A stretch of DNA of 64,000 nucleotides from Macrostomum lignano (lineage: Eukaryota): positions 434,001 through 498,000 of the forward strand of contig NIVC01000064.1 of assembly GCA_002269645.1 (NCBI GenBank). The letters run 5' to 3'. The translations under genes were made by a program, and so were the position numbers. Positions within the stretch are counted from its first letter, which is position 1, and each line of letters starts with the position of its first letter. Below the pieces are notes generated by a model. The model had not been told where the DNA came from, searched no databases, and saw only the letters and a program-made list of their open reading frames with translations. Below are positions 1 to 13,600 of the stretch, in pieces.

Positions 1-243
1 TATCGGCGATTATCGTCTTTTGCGTTGTTATTATTCGCTATAATCGACAGCAATGAAAACTGAGTTGGTGCTTCACAATGTTTTTGGTAACTAATACTAC
101 TTATTTAACTTTGACAGTAGTATGTAAGATTATGCTTGTTATGGTTGCTTTTGTATAGAGCGCAGGCTTTTCATATGCCAATTGTATCATGTTAATTGCT
201 TACGTCATGCTCATCCGAAATTTGTGACTGCGCCTGGTTTTTA

Positions 244-700
244 TGAATCAACTGGAATTCCCTATGAGATCAACTGGAATTCCCCTATGAAATCAACTGG
301 AATTCCCCTATGAGATCAACTGGAATTCCCCTATGAGATCAACTGGAATTCCCCTATGAGATCAACTGGAATTCCCCTATGAAATCAACTGGAATTCCCT
401 ATGAAATCAACTGGAATTCCCCTACAAAATCTACTGGAAATCCCCTATGAAATCAACTGGAATTCCCCTATAATATCTACTGGAATTCCCTTATGAAATC
501 TGCTGGGATTTCCTATGAAATCTACTGGAATCGCACTATGAAGTTAACTAAAATTCCTCTATGAAGTATGCCGGAATTCCCAAATGAAAAATCCAACTGG
601 AATTCACCTATAAAATCTACTGGAATTCCCCATCAAATCTAACTGGAATTCTCCTAAAAAGTCAACTGGAATTCCCCTATGAATCTTCATATCTAATCAA
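244..700. repeat. Minisatellite, 22-23 bp unit (atcaactggaattcccctatgaa), degenerating to the right
   Basis: Tandem copies read directly; boundaries approximate. Confidence 0.9.
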
Positions 701-2339
701 CCTATTAGTCGCTGAAATTCATCATTAGTGTATACTGTTAGCACTCTTTCTACAAAAATCGGTAATATTACTAAACTGTGGCTTTTCAATAACAACTAAT
801 ATGCGCATGTATGGCTCTAACAGTTGTGGTATCTGGTGTGTGGCTGCAATAAGCTGTCATCTGCACTCTAGTGTCAAGGTTTGCAGCCTAACTCAAACAA
901 TAACTGCATATACTAAGCCTAGTCTGTTTATCTAGCATGGACCAAAGCACTACTATAAGTAGAGAGCGAGTTTATGGAAGCTAGTCAAGAATCTATTTTT
1001 TCTGCTTGTTCGCCTGTTATGATTAAGTCTTACTACAAACATTTTATATTTTGATTGCGAATGTGCAATACAATTGGTGCACAATCATACTTACTGTTAC
1101 ATAGTGTAAACATCATATTTTTCTTGTTTTTATTTTGTTAAAAAAACTAAGTTGTTTTTTTTAAAAAATAATTTACGCTTAGCCAAACTAATTAAAGCTT
1201 AGCAGTAATAATCACCTGTTTTCTCACTCAATTCTTGCTAGTATAACAAAGGAAACTAGTGTTTTTTGTTCATTCTTCCGTTTTCATACTACTTATACTA
1301 CTAATACTTATCCAGCAGTAGCATATTGCGGCATTGTTTGTGGCGTATTTTGTATCCTGTCTCGGTATTTTTATGTTGAGCGTGCTTTTAAATACGAGTG
1401 CAACTTATCGCTGCAATAGTTATTTTTCATTTGATAGATCTTGACTGACCCATCTCGTGTCACAATTGAAGCTTGAGGAGTTAATAATTCCTGTTTGCAC
1501 AGCATGTATTTTTGTATCGGCTATATCTATTTTTGGAATTAGATTTTGGGAATCTATATCTCTGTGTGAGATGGGCTTTGATTATAATCTGACTATATCT
1601 ATCTCTGGGTTAAGATTTTAGAATGTATAATCTACATCTTAGGTGAGAATTTTGAATATACTATTGACTGTTAGAGATTAATACAATCTGAGTAGTATTT
1701 ATAGCCCAGCAGTTTTAAAGCCGAACTTGTCACTGATTGCTTACCTACTAATTATATTCAATATCAATCTGTTATTAGTCTGAGTTGCGTGTATTTGCAA
1801 GGAACTCAACGCACGCATTTTCTTGTATTAATAATCTTGGCCCAGCAGTGTCAAAGAACGTCTAAAAAAAGCTTACATGTAGATTGAATTTGATTCTAAA
1901 TTGATTTTTTTTATGTTTCACCCGTGCTTGTTTGCTGTTTATTGTTGTAGTTTTTTTTGGCTTTCCAAACTTGTCTTAATACAAGAGCTATGATTTTCTA
2001 TACTTATTGTACACTCGAGTATTTCTATGCTGGAGCCTGCACACCCACCACCCCATCTCCATGCGTACTTTTTGCCATAATTAAAGCTTTAAGAACATAT
2101 AAAAACATTGTATTGTTAAGTTTTTTTAACATCGATTAATAAATCCAAGAAGAAAGTGTTAACCGATTTGCCTCTCATTTTGGAAAGCTACTTGTGTTTT
2201 GTCTTTTCTAAGTTAATTGTTACTTTATGGAAAATGACATTTAGTGCTAAAAGGGTAGGGGGTTAACAGTCTATAAGTTTGACTGGTCTCTTAAAGGACT
2301 AAGCGATCTTCTGCTTTTAGTTCATTCTGGTTTCTGGTT

Positions 2340-3032
2340 TAGTTCAACCCTCAAGATTATCGATTTTCTCTGGCCAGTCCCTGAAACCCTCAAGATTATC
2401 GATTTTCTCTGGCCAGTCCCTGACACCCTCAAGATTATCGATTTTCTCTGGCCAGTCCCTGAAACCCTCAAGATTATCGATTTTCTCTGGTCAGTCCCTG
2501 AAACCCTCAAGATTATCGATTTTCTCTGGCCAGTCCCTGAAACCCTCAAGATTATCGATTTTCTCTGGTCAGTCCCTGAAACCCTCAAGATTATCGATTT
2601 TCTCTGGTCAGTCCCTCAAACCCCAGGGTTATCGATTCTTTCTGGTCAGTCCCTGAAACCCTCAAGATTATCGATTTTTTCTGGTCAGTCCCTCAAACCC
2701 CAGGGTTATCGATTTTCTCTGGCCAGTCTCTGAAACCCTCAAGATTATCGATTTTCTCTGGCCAGTCCCTGAAACCCTCAAGATTATCGATTTTCTCTGG
2801 TCAGTCCCTCAAACCCCAGGGTTATCGATTCTTTCTGGTCAGTCCCTTAAACCCCAGGGTTATCGATTCTTTCTGGTCAGTCCCTTAAACCCCAGGGTTA
2901 TCGATTTTTTCTGGTCAGTCCCTCAAACCCCAGGGTTATCGATTTTTTCTGGCCAGTCCCTCAAACCCCCAAGATTATCAATTTTCTGTGGCCATTTTCT
3001 TAAATCCCCAAGGTTATCGATTTTCTCTGGCC
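2340..3032. repeat. Minisatellite, 39 bp unit (aaccctcaagattatcgattttctctggccagtccctga)
   Basis: Tandem copies; the 13-aa periodicity of ORF 2322..2588 matches 39 bp. Confidence 0.92.
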
Positions 3033-3236
3033 TAAGCCGTCACTTTCTAATGTGCATTTAGTTTTAAAACTTTTCAACTGAACTCCAGAAAAATTTATAG
3101 TTTGTTTTTTGTTTTGAAAAAACTCAATATTCAAATACAATAACTTATTATAACCAAAATAGAATTAATATTTATAGAGCCGTCTTCTAACAAGTGAAAT
3201 AACTTTGCGCCGTTTTACAGCTGTTTTGCTTCGCAG

Positions 3237-3298
3237 TGTCTACTCGTATGTACGCAGCTTATCGAACCAGCAACAGTCTGGTGCCCTATTGTCCCGGG
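3237..3298 (+). other. Candidate isolated internal exon (VYSYVRSLSNQQQSGALLSR)
   Basis: Acceptor gttttgcttcgcag| and donor ggg|gtgagt flank 62 nt with one open frame; no partner exon identified. Confidence 0.3.
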
Positions 3299-3529
3299 GT
3301 GAGTGCCCACCTTGTGTTTTTCGTGTATTTTGAACGTCTCCGATTCGATCTGTTCTTTTTTTGCAATCTATAGTTTTGCGCAAATCAAAATTGCTAATTT
3401 GGATTCCTGCTATCAGTGTGATTTTTGTTTGATTACTCTCAGTAGTTTGATGCGATTTTTTAACGAAATAAGATTTTTTAAAAATTAATTAAATTAATTA
3501 ATTAGCAAATCTGAGAAATTATTAGCACA

Positions 3530-3950
3530 CCTGGGATGGTAAATCCCGAAGTGATTACCGTACCTGGGACAGGTACTAAGTATTTAGTAGTCTCTGACCT
3601 GGGATGGGAAATCCCACAGTCACCATCATACCTGGGATGGGAAATCCCACAGTCACTAACATACCTGGAATGGGAAATCCCAGAGTCAAAATTAGTATAC
3701 CTGGGATGGGAAATCGAGAGTCATTAGCATACCTGCGATGGGAAATCCCAGAGTCATTAGCATACCTGCGATGGGAAATCCCGGAGTTGTTAGCATACCT
3801 GAGATGGGAAATCCCACAGTCATTAGCATACCTGGGATGGAAAATCCCAGAGTCATTAGCAAACCTGAGATGGGAAATCCCACAGTCATTAGCATACCTG
3901 CGATGGGAAATCCCGGAGTTGTTAGCATACCTGGCATAGGTACTAAGTAG
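3530..3950. repeat. Minisatellite, ~33 bp unit (tgggatgggaaatcccacagtcattagcatacc)
   Basis: Tandem copies; 11-aa periodicity in the overlapping ORFs. Confidence 0.88.
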
Positions 3951-4786
3951 TCCCTGACTTGGGATAGGAAATCCCAGATTCATTCACCCACCTGATAAAA
4001 TCTTCCTTTGGTAAAAGTCGCGACTATAAGTTAACGAAAAATGTTTTCTAAAATAGCAATGGACTATTTTTGGTTTCAATACCATAACATGGTAATGTTT
4101 ATAATTTTTATTTCTATGGCTTTACTTGAAAGATTCAACATTCAAGACTTTAATATAAAGTTAAACTTATAAAATATTGCACTTGCAGTTTAGTATAGAA
4201 TGTCTGAATTATTTTTGCCATTTGTCAACTCCGGATTTAAAACTCTTAGTTAAGGAGCCGTTCGTGTGTAGCTAATAGTTGTTGGAAGATTGAGTTATTA
4301 TTAAATACATGAGCTATAATGGAGCATCATCATCTTCATCTTAATCGCCAGCGTAGACTAAGTATAAGTACACTTCAACTCGATTCCGCTTCGAATGCTT
4401 CTGTCCAGTCGGCCAGATCAAAATTAAAACGATCACATCGGTCGAATTTCGCTTCGGTACGTCAGCTGTATGCTATTGTGTGATTTCTTGGAAAATAGTT
4501 TCACATTTTATTGGAAAACAGTTGTACCAAAATTGACACTTTTATTGAGTACTCGTACGTATTTGTTAATATTACTTGCTTGTATAATTTGTTAAGAGAG
4601 AGATTTTTTTCATATCGACTTTTCTTATTGTCGGTCAGTCATAAAGTTTCGATGCCATTTTTCTTGTTCTGTTGTTGCTCTTAAAAAGTTACGTCGTTTT
4701 CATTAATTCACGGCAGTAAGTTAGTAACAATATGTAACTAAAGGCTGTTTGACTCTTTGAACGCGATGCGTACTTATTGATTTTGT

Positions 4787-5530
4787 GGCGGTCAGGAACA
4801 ATGTACACTTCCTATTCATTTAATTGGGGCTGGGGCGGTCAGGAGCAATGTACACTTCCTATTCATTTAATTGGGGCTGGGGCGGTCAGGAGCAATGTAC
4901 ACTTCCTATTCATTTAATTGGGGCTGGGGCGGTCAGGAGCAATGTACACTTCCTATTCATTTAATTGGGCAGGTCAGGAGCAATGTACACTTCCTATTCA
5001 TTTAATTGGGCAGGTCAGGAGCAATGTACACTTCCTATTAATTTAATTGGGCAGCTCAGTAGCAATGTACACTTCCTATTCATTTAATTGGGGCTGGGGC
5101 GGTCAGGAGCAATGTACACTTCCTATTAATTTAATTGGGCAGCTCAGTAGCAATGTACACTTCCTATTCATTTAATTGGGCAGGTCAGGAGCAATGTACA
5201 CTTCCTATTAATTTAATTGGGCAGGTCAGGAACAATGTACACTTCCTATTAATTTAATTGGGCAGCTCAGTAGCAATGTACACTTCCTATTAATTTAATT
5301 GGGCAGGTCAGGAGCAATGTACACTTCCTATTAATTTAATTGGGCAGCTCAGTAGCAATGTACACTTCCTATTCATTTAATTGGGCAGGTCAGGAGCAAT
5401 GTACACTTCCTATTAATTTAATTGGGCAGGTCAGGAGCAATGTACACTTCCTATTAATTTAATTGGGCAGGTCAGGAGCAATGTACACTTCCTATTAATT
5501 TAATTGGGCAGGTCAGGAGCAATGTACACC
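4787..5530. repeat. Minisatellite, 41-47 bp unit (ggtcaggagcaatgtacacttcctattaatttaattgggca)
   Basis: Tandem copies read directly. Confidence 0.92.
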
Positions 5531-5688
5531 CTTTCCTAAATAAAGCTGTCTTTAATAATTAACAAGCAAGTGTTGGACAGTATTTAGTGTCTGAATTTTA
5601 GACTTTGGTGATATTCGGATATCATTGACGATTCAAGTCTTTAGTCCTGCTCTACAATGTTAGTGTACTATACAAATACAAGTGCACA

Positions 5689-6019
5689 ATGTTCCAATCC
5701 AGTGCACCTGCTGTTAATCTCCAGGTCAGCCTATTTGCTTGGGGCGAGAATTCCGACGGCCAGTTGGGCATCGGCGGCTCCGACCGCGACACTCTTGCCG
5801 CCGTGCCCACTCGGCTGCCGGAGGACGACGCCAATGTTGCCGCGCTGTGCGGCGGCGACGGCCATTCGCTGCTGCTCCGACAGGACGGCTGCGTGCGCGC
5901 CTGTGGCTCCGACAGCTTTGCCCAGCTGGGTGGCGCCGGGGGCCGCGGAGTCAACGGGAGCAACAACAGCGGCGGCGGAGCTGGCTGCTGCAATCGGTTC
6001 TGTCAGGTGAGCTGTCCTG

Positions 6020-6102
<83 letters not shown>

Positions 6103-8249
6103 GTCTGTCTGTTTGTCTGTCTGTTTGTCTGTCTGTCTGTCTATCTGACTCTACAGTCTGTCTGTCTGTCTGTCTCTGTCTGTCTGTCTGTCTGTCCGTC
6201 TTACTGCAGTCCGTTTTAGTGTTAGTCTTAGTGTCCTAGTCCTGTCTGTGTCTTTTCCCTGTATCAAACTGACTAACAATCGGAATAAAGTGCAGCAAAT
6301 AAAAGTACAAACACCGCCACCCCGGGAGAGCAGGTGACGGCCCTGGAGAACAAGTGCATCGTGTGCATAGCCGCCGGCGGCTCCCACTCCCTAGCCGTTG
6401 ACGAAGACGGCCAGGTGTACTCTTGGGGCCGAAATCATCGCGGCCAAATTGGTCGAGACGAGGCCGCCAATACCGATTCGTCCAGCGGTGCTAGTGTCCG
6501 ACTTGTCCGGCAGCTGTCCGGGCATCGGGTGGCGCAGGTTTCGGCCGGACAGTCGCACAGTTTAGTCCTGACTCAACAGCATCGATTGTTTGCATTTGGC
6601 GACAATAGCCGGGGCCAGTTGGGGCAGGGGAATTTTAAGCAGCCCGGCACGCTTGGAGCCTGTCTACCTGTAGCCTCGCTAAATGGCCTGCCGATTCAAC
6701 TCATTGCCTGCGGCGGATATCACTGTTTAGCTCTGTCGCATAGCGGCGTACTATTTGCCTGGGGTGACAATGGGAAAGGCCAGCTAGGCTGCGGCAATAC
6801 TGAGAATCAGGCCTGGCCTGTGCTGTGCAAAACTCTGCGGGACAACAGGTGAGTTTGTCTGAGGGTGTGTGAGTAGCTGCTGAGGTATCAAAGGATGTGT
6901 GAGTAGCTGCTGAGGTGTGTGAGTAGTTATCGAAGCATTAGGGAGAAGGGGAAGCAGCAGCCCCTGAAGCTTCAGGGAGACGAGGAATCAGCAGCTCCTG
7001 AAGCATCAGGGAGAAGGGGAAGCAGCAGCCCCTGAAGCTTCAGGGAGACGAGGAATCAGCAGCCCCTGAAGCGTCAGAGAGACAAGAAATCAGCAGCTCC
7101 TGAAGCATCAGGGAGACGAGGAATTAGCAGCCCCTGAAGAATCAGGAAGACGAGAAATCAGCAGCTCCTGAAGCATCAGGGAGATGAGGAAGCAGCAGCC
7201 CCTGAAGCTTCAGGAAGACGAGAAATCAGCAGCTCCTGAAGCATCAGAGAGATGAGGAAGCAGCAGCCCCTGAAGCTTCAGGAAGACGAGAAATCAGCAG
7301 CTCCTGAAGCATCAGGGAGATGAGGAAGCAGCAGCCCCTGAAGCTTCAGGGAGACGAGGAATCAGCAGCCCCTGAAGCTTCAGGGAGATGAGCAATCAGC
7401 AGCCCCTGAAGCATCAGGGAGATGAGGAATCAGCAGCCCCTGAAGCTTCAGGGAGACGAGGAATCAGCAGCCCCTGAAGCATCAGGGAGATGAGGAAGCA
7501 GCAGCCCCTGAAGCTTCAGGGAGACGAGGAATCAGCAGCCTCGGAAGCTTCAGAAAGAAGGGAAATCAGCAGCCCCTGAAGCTTCAAGGAAAAGGGAAAT
7601 CAGTAGCCCCTGAAGCTTCAGGGAGACGAGAAATCACCAGCCCCTGAAGCTTCAGGGAGAAGGGGAATCAGCAGCCCCTAAAAATGGAGGCTAACCCTTG
7701 GGTTTCAGATCCGGCACGTGGCCTGCGGCAAGGAGCACAGCGCCGCTCTGACAGCGGGCGGCGGGGTGTTCACATTCGGCTCGGACGAATCCGGCCAGCT
7801 CGGACACGGGGCTCGAGCGGCCGGAAATTCGCAGATCGAAGTTCTGCCCAGACGAGTAGCAGATCTGATGGGCTCGGCGGTCACCCAGCTGGCCTGCGGA
7901 CACCGCCACACCCTGGCCTACGTGGCCTCCACCGGCAGAATCTACGCCTTTGGCCTGGCCTCCCGGGGCCAGCTGGGCATCGGCGAGGACAAGGACGGCT
8001 GTAGCTTGGCCGATCCCAGACGTGCGCCCAGCGCCGTCAAGGGTCCCTGGGTGCCGGTTAGCGGCACCGGCGAGTTCCTCGAGCGTCGCCGGCTCAGCGT
8101 TGAAGGCCTTGACGAAAAGCACACGCCTTTGGTGCTGTTCGCCTGCGGCCATTCCAGCTTTCTTAAGGTGAGCTCTGCGGCTGACTGACAGACACAGACA
8201 GACAGACAGGCAGACAGACACAGACAGACAGACAGACAGACAGGCAGAA

Positions 8250-8284
<35 letters not shown>

Positions 8285-9863
8285 GGCAGGCAGAAAGACA
8301 CTGGCAGACAGGCGATCATAAAAAACTGACAAAAGCTTTTTTCATAAGAGAGCCGTCCTAAAATCGAGACGTGTTATAATTTATAAACTCCCGCTATTCA
8401 GGCCGCTCTAGCGCCGCTCAGGCCCGACGCGCCGCAGTCGCCGGACGATTTCCGCTGCCATCGACCATCCTGGCTTGCTCTGGCGCCAGAGCCGCTTCAG
8501 CTGGACAAATCCTTGAAGTCAGCCGCTGTGAATCACCGCAGACAGCTGGGAGAAAGCGCCCAGTGTCTAGCCAGCTATAATTGCGCTTTTCTACGCCGGC
8601 CATTGGAGTCGGCGCCTAGCCGGGCCGATCACGGCGTCGACATGGACGAAGCGGTGAAACTGTTGGAACAGTTGGGCAAACAGTTGAGCAAAGATGCCGA
8701 GGATGCTGTGAGTTTTTTATGGGAACTTTACTAATTACTGTTTATTAAAGTAGTTCGGGTTTTCTAATTGCCAAGACCGGTCAATATGGGTCGTTAGGTA
8801 GGTCAGTATGTGTCATTAGGTAGGTCAATATGGGTCATTCGGTAGGTCAATATGGGTCATTCGGTAGGTCAATATGGGTCATTCAGTAGGTCAATATGGG
8901 TCATTCGGTAGGTCAATATAGGTCATTCGGTAGGTCAATATGGGTCATTCAGTAGGTCAATATGGGTCATTCAGTAGGTCAATATGGGTCATTCAGTAGG
9001 TCAATATGGGTCATTCAGTAGGTCAATATGGGTCATTCAGGTAGGTCAATATGGGTCATTCAGTAGGTCAATATGGGTCATTCAGGTAGGTCAATATGGG
9101 TCATTCAGGTAGGTCAATATGGGTCATTCAGGTAGGTCAGCAGATGTAGATATGGTTCATTATGTAAGTAGGTAATTCATAGGTAAGTATAATTCATCGC
9201 TAAAATCTGTGAATCAAATTTGTTTATAGGCCAATTTGGGCTATTTGATTAAAAGCTTCATCGTCTTTTAGCAGATCTCGTGTTGGTGCAGGCCTCGGTC
9301 ACAAATAATAAGTTGGCTCCGCTATGCCGGCCGCAACCATTCCAGCTTCTAGCCGGCATCATCACTCTTCTCAACGAGCAGTGCTCGCGCAAGAACTATC
9401 CGGACGTTGAGTGCCTCAGATTCTTTCTCGTTGCCCCGCTGCTACACCTATTCGCCAGGCCCGAACTATTCGAAAATCTGCACTCCGGCTTCGCGTTCTG
9501 CTTGACCCAGCTCGACCCGGTGCCGACCCGCGTGCTGACCGGCTGGCTGGCCAAGCTGCCTACGCGTCACTTTGCTCGCCTGCTGCGCACCTTCAAAGCC
9601 GTGGCGCCGCACGTTCTGGCGCTGCCGGCTCACACCACCAGGGCCGGCGCCTTGGCAAAGGAGCGCGGCCTGACCGGCTGCATGCGGCTCATGCGGCTGC
9701 TGCACTCGGCCAATGCCGACCGGGGCGACTCCGCTCTGGTCAGGAGCAGCTTCTACCTGCCCGACCTCAATAACAGGGTGGATATTGAGAAGTGAGCCGC
9801 CTGTCTGTGTGTGTCTGTCTGTCTGTCTATCTGTCTGTCTGTCTGCCTGCCTGCCTGTCTGCC

Positions 9864-9916
<53 letters not shown>

Positions 9917-9983
9917 TAGTGCCTGTTTGTCTGTCTGTCTGTCTGTCTGTCTTAGTGCCTGTTTGCCTGTCTGTCTGCCTGCC

Positions 9984-10068
<85 letters not shown>

Positions 10069-10079
10069 TAGTGCCTTTT

Positions 10080-10112
<33 letters not shown>

Positions 10113-10139
10113 TAGTGCCTGTTTGCCTGTCTGTCTGCC

Positions 10140-10208
<69 letters not shown>

Positions 10209-10259
10209 TAGTGCCTTTTTGTCTGTTTGTCTGTCTGTCTGTCTGTCTTAGTGCCTTTT

Positions 10260-10292
<33 letters not shown>

Positions 10293-10307
10293 TAGTGCCT
10301 GTTTGCC

Positions 10308-10368
<61 letters not shown>

Positions 10369-10379
10369 TAGTGCCTTTT

Positions 10380-10412
<33 letters not shown>

Positions 10413-10501
10413 TAGTGCCTGTTTGTCTGTCTGTCTGTCTTAGTGCCTGTTTGTCTGTCTGTCTGCCTGCCTGTCTGCCTGTCTCTCTGCGTGTCTGTCT
10501 C

Positions 10502-10548
<47 letters not shown>

Positions 10549-10637
10549 TAGTGCCTGTTTGTCTGTCTGTCTGTCTTAGTGCCTGTTTGTCTGTCTGTCT
10601 GCCTGCCTGTCTGCCTGTCTCTCTGCGTGTCTGTCTC

Positions 10638-10692
<55 letters not shown>

Positions 10693-13600
10693 GGTAGTGT
10701 TTTCTGTCTGTTTGTCTTTGTGTCTGTGTTTTTGTCTGTTTGTTTATGTCTTCTGTGTCTTAGCGTGTGTATGCCTTGGCTTTTACCTGTCTGTCTCTGG
10801 TCTCCCTGCCTGTAATTCTTTCTTTTGCTTTACGTCTAATTGGTTTGTTTAGTCTCGTCGTGTGTCTGCGTGCACTTGTAAATGGGTCAAATAAAGTTGC
10901 AAATCTGTCTGTATTGTCTTCCGAAGTGTTAAATATTAACTGCCACCCCCAATATAAAAATTGCCACCCCCTGCAATCACCATCCGCAGAGACTACATCC
11001 TGTGGGTGCAGCACAAAGGCCAGCCTGATCACTTCTCATTCTGCGACTATCCGTTCGTGTTTGACGGCGAGGCCAAGACTAAACTACTGCGCGCAGATGC
11101 GCAATTGAAAATGCATCAAGCGGTTCAGCAGGCACAGACTCAGAATTTCTTCTCGGCTATGACTATGGCCGGTGGGATGGTCAATCCTGTGCTGCTCTTG
11201 CAGGTTGGTCTTATTGTTGCTTTTTCATCTCATCGCTGCGCGCCCTCGTTTAAATGCATTCGTGCACTCATAGCCATTTATTACTACATCATTGTTGACG
11301 TCTTGATATTATCTGTGATATCTCATCTCTCTATGATATCTCATCACTCCTTTATTATACCTTTATCTCTCTGTTCTATGATATCTCATCACTCCTTTAT
11401 TATACCTTTATCTCTCTGTTCTATGATATCTCATCACTCCTTTATTATACCTGTATCTCTCTGCTCTATGATATCTCATCACTCCTTTATTATACATGTA
11501 TCTCTCTGTTCAATGATATCTCATCACTCCTTTATTATACCTGTATCTCTCTGTTCTATGATATCTCATCACTCCTTTATTATAATGTATCTCTCTGTTC
11601 TATGATATCTCATCACTCCTTTATTATAATGTATCTCTCTGTTCTATGATATCTCATCACTCCTTTATTATAATGTATCTCTCTGTTCAATGATATCTCA
11701 TCACTCCTTTATTATACCTGTATCTCTCTGTTCTATGATATCTCATCACTCCTTTATTATAATGTATCTCTCTGTTCTATGATATCTCATCACTCCTTTA
11801 TTATAATGTATCTCTCTGTTCTATGATATCTCATCACTCCTTTATTATAATGTATCTCTCTGTTCAATGATATCTCATCACTCCTTTATTATAATGTATC
11901 TCTCTGTTCTATGATATCTCATCACTCCTTTATTATAATGTATCTCTCTGTTCTATGATATCTCATCACTCCTTTATTATACCTGTATCTCTCTGTTCTA
12001 TGATATCTCATCACTCCTTTATTATACCTGTATCTCTCTGTTCTATGATATCTCATCACTCCTTTATTATACCTGTATCTCTCTGTTCTATGATATCTCA
12101 TCACTCCTTTATTATAATGTATCTCTCTGTTCTATGATATCTCATCACTCCTTTATTATAATGTATCTCTCTGTTCAATGATATCTCATCACTCCTTTAT
12201 TATACCTGTATCTCTCTGTTCAATGATATCTCATCACTCCTTTATTATACCTGTATCTCTCTGTTCTATGATATCTCATCACTCCTTTATTATAATGTAT
12301 CTCTCTGTTCTATGATATCTCATCACTCCTTTATTATACCTGTATCTCTCTGTTCTATGATATCTCATCACTCCTTTATTATACCTGTATCTCTCTGTTC
12401 AATGATATCTCATCACTCCTTTATTATACCTGTATCTCTCTGTTCAATGATATCTCATCACTCCTTTATTATACCTGTATCTCTCTGTTCTATGATATCT
12501 CATCACTCCTTTATTATAATGTATCTCTCTGTTCTATGATATCTCATCACTCCTTTATTATACCTGTATCTCTCTGTTCAATGATATCTCATCACTCCTT
12601 TATTATACCTGTATCTCTCTGTTCAATGATATCTCATCACTCCTTTATTATAATGTATCTCTCTGTTCAATGATATCTCATCACTCCTTTATTATACCTG
12701 TATCTCTCTGTTCAATGATATCTCATCACTCCTTTATTATACCTGTATCTCTCTGTTCAATGATATCTCATCACTCCTTTATTATACCTGTATCTCTCTG
12801 TTCTATGATATCTCATCACTCCTTTATTATAATGTATCTCTCTGTTCAATGATATCTCATCACTCCTTTATTATACCTGTATCTCTCTGTTCAATGATAT
12901 CTCATCACTCCTTTATTATAATGTATCTCTCTGTTCAATGATATCTCATCACTCCTTTATTATAATGTATCTCTCTGTTCTATGATATCTCATCACTCCT
13001 TTATTATACCTGTATCTCTCTGTTCAATGATATCTCATCACTCCTTTATTATAATGTATCTCTCTGTTCAATGATATCTCATCACTCCTTTATTATACCT
13101 GTATCTCTCTGTTCTATGATATCTCATCACTCCTTTATTATAATGTATCTCTCTGTTCTATGATATCTCATCACTCCTTTATTATAATGTATCTCTCTGC
13201 TCTATGATATCTCATTTCCTCTATGATATCTCTACTCTATGATATCTAATCTCTCTATGATATGTTTTTGCTCTATGATATCTCATCTCTGCTCTATGAT
13301 ATCTCATGTCTATGATCTCTAACCTTATCTATAATACTCCATGTCTCCATTGTGTATCATCTCACTTTCCTATTCTCTATGGCATCTTATAGTATTTCCC
13401 TCATCTCTCCTCGCTATCCTCCCCCTCAGTTCTCCCATCTCCCCTCTCCTTCGCCCAGGTCCGCCGGGACAACCTGGTCGGGGACGCCATCAGCCACCTC
13501 AGCAAGTTCCCGCCCGAAGAGCTGCGCAAACCGTTGCGCGTGAAATTCGTTGGCGAAGAGGCTCAGGACGAGGGCGGCGTGTCCAAGGAGTTTTTCCAGA

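Noticed and set aside
9792-10815. CLSV/TDRQ repeat ORFs, also at 34686-35513
   Set aside because: Translations of the (TCTG)n microsatellite.
10961-12852. [15 protein letters not shown] repeat ORFs
   Set aside because: Intronic 45-bp array; only 10990-11203 is HERC coding sequence.
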